The notes below the pieces were generated by a model. That model did no database searches, was not told where the DNA came from, and saw only the letters and a list, made by a program, of their open reading frames with translations. Positions 28,000 to 31,475 of a stretch of 31,475 bases of DNA are shown one piece after another. The stretch is from an uncultured Actinomycetes bacterium. Lineage in GTDB: Bacteria; Actinomycetota; Actinomycetes; S36-B12. The stretch's first letter is position 1. Each line of letters opens with the position of its first letter. The stretch is taken from assembly GCA_903848435.1 (NCBI GenBank), contig CAINGG010000200.1:1-31475 (forward strand), given 5' to 3'. Both the position numbers and the translations under genes were made by a program.

Positions 28000-28761
28000 T
28001 CAGGCGTCGCGGCGCTGGAAGAGGATCAGCGCGGGTACAGCCAGCACGAGGAACCACAGCAGGAACACGCCCATGTGGCCCCAGGCATCGAGGCCGGTGG
28101 CGTTGACGCCCGCCGTGGCACCCGTGAAGGGCAGCACCCAGTCGATCCAGGACCACTCCAGGACGAGGGCGACCGCCCCGATGATCGGCTCGACGATGAC
28201 CGCGAGAACGATCGGCAGGATGATGCCCAGCGGTTGATTGCGCGTCAGGGCGGTAATAGCGAATGCCATCAGCACGAAGATGACGATGTAGGTGACGCCG
28301 AGAAGGCCGGGCAGCCCCAGTGCTGTTGTCTCCCACACGAAGCCCTTGCCCCCCAGGGCATTGCCCAGGGCTTGGCCCATCACCATCGCGGCGATGGCCA
28401 GGACGGCCGCGACGACGATCACTGCGATCACCATGAGCGCCTTGGCGACGAAGATCGGGGTGCGGCGCGGATAGATCGACAGTGTCGTGCGGATCAGCCC
28501 GTGGCGGTACTCCTGCCCGAAGGACGCTGCACCGATCGTGCACAGGACCGCGGCGGTCAGCGGCAAGAACCCCGCGAATCCGCCCGGTCCAGCGCCATCG
28601 GGCGGCCCGCCGGCATCGGGTCCCGACGCGATGATGATCCAGGTGACGAAGAGGGCGAGCCCCGCTGGCACCAGGGCACCGAGGGCGATGAGGGCCCACG
28701 TGGACTTCACCGTGGTGATGCGCACCCATTCGTAGCGCAGCGGCCCAGCGAGCCCGCTCAT
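28000..28761 (-). CDS. ABC-2 type exporter permease (six TM)
   Basis: LRYEWVRITTVKSTW, FGQEYRHGLIRTTL..YPRR..IFVAKA, C-terminal FQRRDA. Confidence 0.9.
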   Translation of the reverse strand: MSGLAGPLRYEWVRITTVKSTWALIALGALVPAGLALFVTWIIIASGPDAGGPPDGAGPGGFAGFLPLTAAVLCTIGAASFGQEYRHGLIRTTLSIYPRRTPIFVAKALMVIAVIVVAAVLAIAAMVMGQALGNALGGKGFVWETTALGLPGLLGVTYIVIFVLMAFAITALTRNQPLGIILPIVLAVIVEPIIGAVALVLEWSWIDWVLPFTGATAGVNATGLDAWGHMGVFLLWFLVLAVPALILFQRRDA

Positions 28762-29663
28762 GACGTCTCTCCGAACGCGAACTGCTGTCCGTCGCCCGTG
28801 AGCTCCATGAAGGTCTCCTCGAGGCTCGCCTTGCGTTGCGTCAACTCGCGGAGCGCGACGCCGGACTCGAAGGCGAGTCGCCCGACATCGTCGGTCGACA
28901 AGCCGACCACGGCAAGCCCGTCGTCACCCTCGCGATCCGCGGTGCCCCCCGAGGCTCGGATGGCCTCGGCCAGCCGCCCGGGGTCAGCGCTGCGTACGAG
29001 GACGTCACTGCGCTGAGAGACAAGCTCGTCAAGCGTGCCATCGGCCATGAGCTTGCCTCGAGCAATAACGACGACATGCTGCGCCATCAACTGCATCTCG
29101 GTGAGCAGGTGGCTGGAGACCAAGACCGCGTGCCCCTGCGCGGCGTAGCCGCGAAGGAACTCGCGAAGCCACTGGATCGATTGCGGATCGAGACCGTTGG
29201 CGGGCTCGTCAAGCATCAGGGCCTGCGGGCTCGCGAGCACGGCACCAGCGAGCCCGAGTCGTTGCGCCATGCCGAGCGAGAAGTCCTTGGGCCGCTTGTT
29301 GGCGACTTCTGTCAGGCCGACCATGGCGAGCACCTCATCGATGCGCGAGCTCGGCAGCTTGGCGTCGGTCGCCAGCATGCGCAGGTGGTCACGCGCGGTG
29401 CGACCAGGCAGGAAGGGACGGGCATCGAGGTGCGTGCCCACGACCTCGCTCGCGTGGGGATGGTTGATGAGAGGCTTGCCGTTGAAGAGCGTGCTGCCGT
29501 CTCCGCGGTCGAGCCCCAGCATCAGCCGCATGGCCGTCGACTTGCCGGCGCCGTTGGGACCGAGGAACCCGGTGACCACGCCGTCAGGTACCTCGAAGGA
29601 CAGGTCGTCGACCGCGCGGACCGAGCCGAAGGACTTGCCCAGGCCCTGGGCCACGATCGCCAT
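28758..29663 (-). CDS. ABC exporter ATP-binding subunit (BcrA-like)
   Basis: Walker A GPNGAGKS, signature FSLGMAQR, Walker B LMLDEPANGLD, VSSH; -10 TAGTGT 6 nt before the ATG. Confidence 0.95.
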   Translation of the reverse strand: MAIVAQGLGKSFGSVRAVDDLSFEVPDGVVTGFLGPNGAGKSTAMRLMLGLDRGDGSTLFNGKPLINHPHASEVVGTHLDARPFLPGRTARDHLRMLATDAKLPSSRIDEVLAMVGLTEVANKRPKDFSLGMAQRLGLAGAVLASPQALMLDEPANGLDPQSIQWLREFLRGYAAQGHAVLVSSHLLTEMQLMAQHVVVIARGKLMADGTLDELVSQRSDVLVRSADPGRLAEAIRASGGTADREGDDGLAVVGLSTDDVGRLAFESGVALRELTQRKASLEETFMELTGDGQQFAFGETS

Positions 29664-29719
29664 GCCGTGACACTAGTCGGGGCGCCCGGCTCGCGGGCGG
29701 CGGAGTCCACATGCATCGC

Positions 29720-29746
29720 TTAGCACTCAAGGCTCCCGAGTGCTAA
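29720..29746. promoter_or_regulatory. CIRCE element (HrcA operator), overlapping -10 TAACCT (29744-29749)
   Basis: TTAGCACTC-AAGGCTCCC-GAGTGCTAA is an exact match to TTAGCACTC-N9-GAGTGCTAA. Confidence 0.97.
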
Positions 29747-29771
29747 CCTTGGTGCTGACCTGGGAGGACCC

Positions 29772-30095
29772 GTGCCGACGTACGAATACGCCTGCGCCGA
29801 CTGCGGCCACAACCTCGAAGCCGTCCAGTCGTTCAGCGACGACCCCTTGACCGTGTGCCCGGAGTGCGGCGGCACCTTGCGCAAGGTCTTCGGGAATGTC
29901 GGGGTTGTCTTCAAGGGCTCGGGTTTCTACCGCACCGACTCGCGGAAATCCTCCGACTCGGGCTCATCCGCAACAAAGGATGCGAAGTCCGACTCCACGG
30001 GAGCCAGCAAGGCGGAGTCGACGACCTCATCGACGACCGGATCGACGAGCTCGGGCTCGACCACTCCCTCGCCAACCGGGTCCAGCGCCGCCTGA
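29772..30095 (+). CDS. FmdB-family zinc-ribbon protein (Rv0991c/Ruc-like) with Ser/Thr-rich tail
   Basis: MPTYEYAC..C...CPECGG.LRKVF..VGVVFKGSGFYRTDSR; GGAGG RBS; CIRCE upstream. Confidence 0.95.
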   Translation: MPTYEYACADCGHNLEAVQSFSDDPLTVCPECGGTLRKVFGNVGVVFKGSGFYRTDSRKSSDSGSSATKDAKSDSTGASKAESTTSSTTGSTSSGSTTPSPTGSSAA

Positions 30096-30148
30096 CCTGT
30101 GGACAGGCGCCGTCGCCGCCATCCATTCGCCGCTAGCGTCCACGACCC

Positions 30149-30775
30149 ATGGACGCGCGCACGATGCGACGACGCTTCGGCTATCTCCTGCGACGGTTCC
30201 GCCGGCCGATCGCCGCATCCCTTGCCTTTGTGACCGTGCTCGGCGCACTGTCGGTCCTGCGTCCGGCACCGCCCGCGACCATGGACCTGCTGATTGCCGC
30301 TCGCGACCTCCCGGCCGGCACCGTCCTCGAGCCGGCCGACGTCACCTCCCGCGCCTTCGCGCTGGACTCAACGATCCCGGGGGCGATCACCGACGTGGCG
30401 CAGGCGAGCGGACGCACCCTCAGCGCACCGATGGCGGCCGGCGAACCGCTGACACCGTCGAGACTGGTCGATGCCGCGATGTCGTACGACCGGGGGACCT
30501 TCGCCGTACCGGTCCGGCTGGCCGAGGCCGACGTGGCCGGACTCCTTGCCCCGGGAATGCTCATCGACGTCGTGCGTGCGACCCGCGGCACCCCGGAGGT
30601 CGTGGCCGACGGGGTGCGCGTCATCACCGTGCCGCGTCGACCGACCGCGGGTTCCTTCATCGGCTCGGCAGGGAGCGCAGCGAGTAGCCTCATCCTCGTC
30701 GCCGCGGATCGAACTACGGCGATCCGGCTCGCAGCGGCCGGCACCGATGGCAACCTCGCCGTCATCCTCAGGTGA
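30149..30775 (+). CDS. SAF-domain / RcpC-CpaB-like membrane protein (Rv0990c-like)
   Basis: RRPIAASLA TM, LLIAARDLPAGTVL, GRTLSAPMAAGEPLTPSRL, LLAPGMLIDVV; usual fmdB-SAF-mscL order. Confidence 0.82.
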   Translation: MDARTMRRRFGYLLRRFRRPIAASLAFVTVLGALSVLRPAPPATMDLLIAARDLPAGTVLEPADVTSRAFALDSTIPGAITDVAQASGRTLSAPMAAGEPLTPSRLVDAAMSYDRGTFAVPVRLAEADVAGLLAPGMLIDVVRATRGTPEVVADGVRVITVPRRPTAGSFIGSAGSAASSLILVAADRTTAIRLAAAGTDGNLAVILR

Positions 30776-30801
30776 GGTCGCCCGCACCCAAGGGAGAGGT
30801 C

Positions 30802-31206
30802 ATGATCAAGGGGTTCAAGGAGTTCGTCTTCCGCGGCAACGTCATCGACCTCGCCGTCGCGGTTGCCGTCGGCACCGCGCTCGCCGCGCTGGTAGCCGCC
30901 ATCACCAAGTCGCTCATCGAGCCCATTGTCGGCTGGATCCTCAGCCTCGTCGGCGGCAGCGATGGCATCGGCGGCACGATCACCCTCGCCCCGGGCTACG
31001 AGGTCAACTTCGCCCTGCTGGTCGGCGGGTTCATCACCTTCTTCGTCACGCTGGCCGCCATCTACGTCTTCTTCGTGGCGCCGATGAACAAGTACCGGCA
31101 GATGACCGGCCAGGCCGAGGTGGACGCTCGGCCCGCCGACGTCAAGCTGCTCGAGGAGATCCGCGACCTGCTCCAGCAGCAGGCCAAGGGGGGTTCCGCC
31201 GGCTGA
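30802..31206 (+). CDS. mscL: Large-conductance mechanosensitive channel (134 aa; start ATG 30802)
   Basis: MIKGFKEFVFRGNVIDLAVAVAVG, IYVFFVAPMNK, LLEEIRDLL; GGAGAGG RBS. Confidence 0.97.
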   Translation: MIKGFKEFVFRGNVIDLAVAVAVGTALAALVAAITKSLIEPIVGWILSLVGGSDGIGGTITLAPGYEVNFALLVGGFITFFVTLAAIYVFFVAPMNKYRQMTGQAEVDARPADVKLLEEIRDLLQQQAKGGSAG

Positions 31207-31240
31207 CTACGGGGCGCGGGTTGCGGTCCGCTCCCTCAGC

Positions 31241-31272
31241 GCCGGGCAGTCATGTCAGCACACTCGCCCGGC
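31241..31272. terminator. Possible bidirectional hairpin between convergent mscL and XDH-family gene
   Basis: GCCGGGC-AGT...ACT-C-GCCCGGC inverted repeat; no U-tract. Confidence 0.4.
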
Positions 31273-31475
31273 TCAGACAGCGGATGCGGACTGCTGCAGG
31301 TAGTTGTCGTAGAGACGCTCGAAGATCAGCGGCGGCACGAGCGGCAACTCCCGGATGCGCACGCCGGTGGCATCGGCGACGGCGTTGGCGATAGCCGGGG
31401 CCACCGGGTCGATGGGCGACTCCGCACATCCCTTCGCTCCAAAGGGGCCGACCGTGTCCTCGTCATCGGCGAAGA
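31273..31475 (-). CDS. C-terminus of xanthine dehydrogenase-family molybdopterin-binding subunit (partial)
   Basis: Manual translation FADDEDTVGPFGAKGCAESPIDPVAPAIANAVADATGVRIRELPLVPPLIFERLYDNYLQQSASAV*; GP.GAKG..E and APAIANAV.DATG.R are typical of the family. Confidence 0.9.
   Translation of the reverse strand, partial: FADDEDTVGPFGAKGCAESPIDPVAPAIANAVADATGVRIRELPLVPPLIFERLYDNYLQQSASAV

Noticed and set aside
29664-29720. Fluoride riboswitch upstream of the ABC/crcB cassette (GCGATG-containing stretch)
   Set aside because: Lacks the downstream GCUGAUG-type pseudoknot partner, and lies upstream of the predicted leaderless start, so it would not be transcribed.
30096-30112. CCTGTGGACAGG: DnaA-box-like 9-mer / tiny hairpin after fmdB
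   Set aside because: Single imperfect box with no cluster; equally explained as a short stem; not supportable.

Overview
High-GC (roughly 70%) actinobacterial chromosomal window, almost entirely conserved core genome. It covers the DUF501-ftsB/divIC-eno-mazG-mfd-pth-rplY-prs-glmU block, tRNA-Gln(TTG), a desaturase-TetR-TamR-like MarR cluster, ispE-rsmA-tatD-metG-rsmI, and pmt. It continues with tRNA-Ala(CGC), the sepX/glpR-GNAT-moaC-glp(moeA)-galU block, 5-FTHF cyclo-ligase, an inserted ABC-transporter/crcB-crcB cassette, CIRCE-fmdB(ruc-like)-SAF-mscL and the 3' end of a xanthine-dehydrogenase-family subunit. I see no integrase, transposase, CRISPR array or defence island, and no clear-cut new multi-gene system. 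The best leads are small-scale: (1) an L25 lacking its middle domain, behind a structured leader with a loop-E-like internal loop; (2) a 16-bp tandem operator-like array before a TamR-like regulator with no adjacent tam gene; (3) a 31-bp double palindrome on the desaturase promoter; (4) an orphan six-cysteine secreted protein with its own promoter and palindrome behind tRNA-Ala; (5) a Fluc pair with atypical codons, apparently co-transcribed with an ABC exporter and lacking a riboswitch; (6) pervasive leaderless promoter geometry. Many ORF-track starts were corrected using stop/start overlaps, RBS or -10 position. All family assignments come from motif recognition by eye, not database searches.
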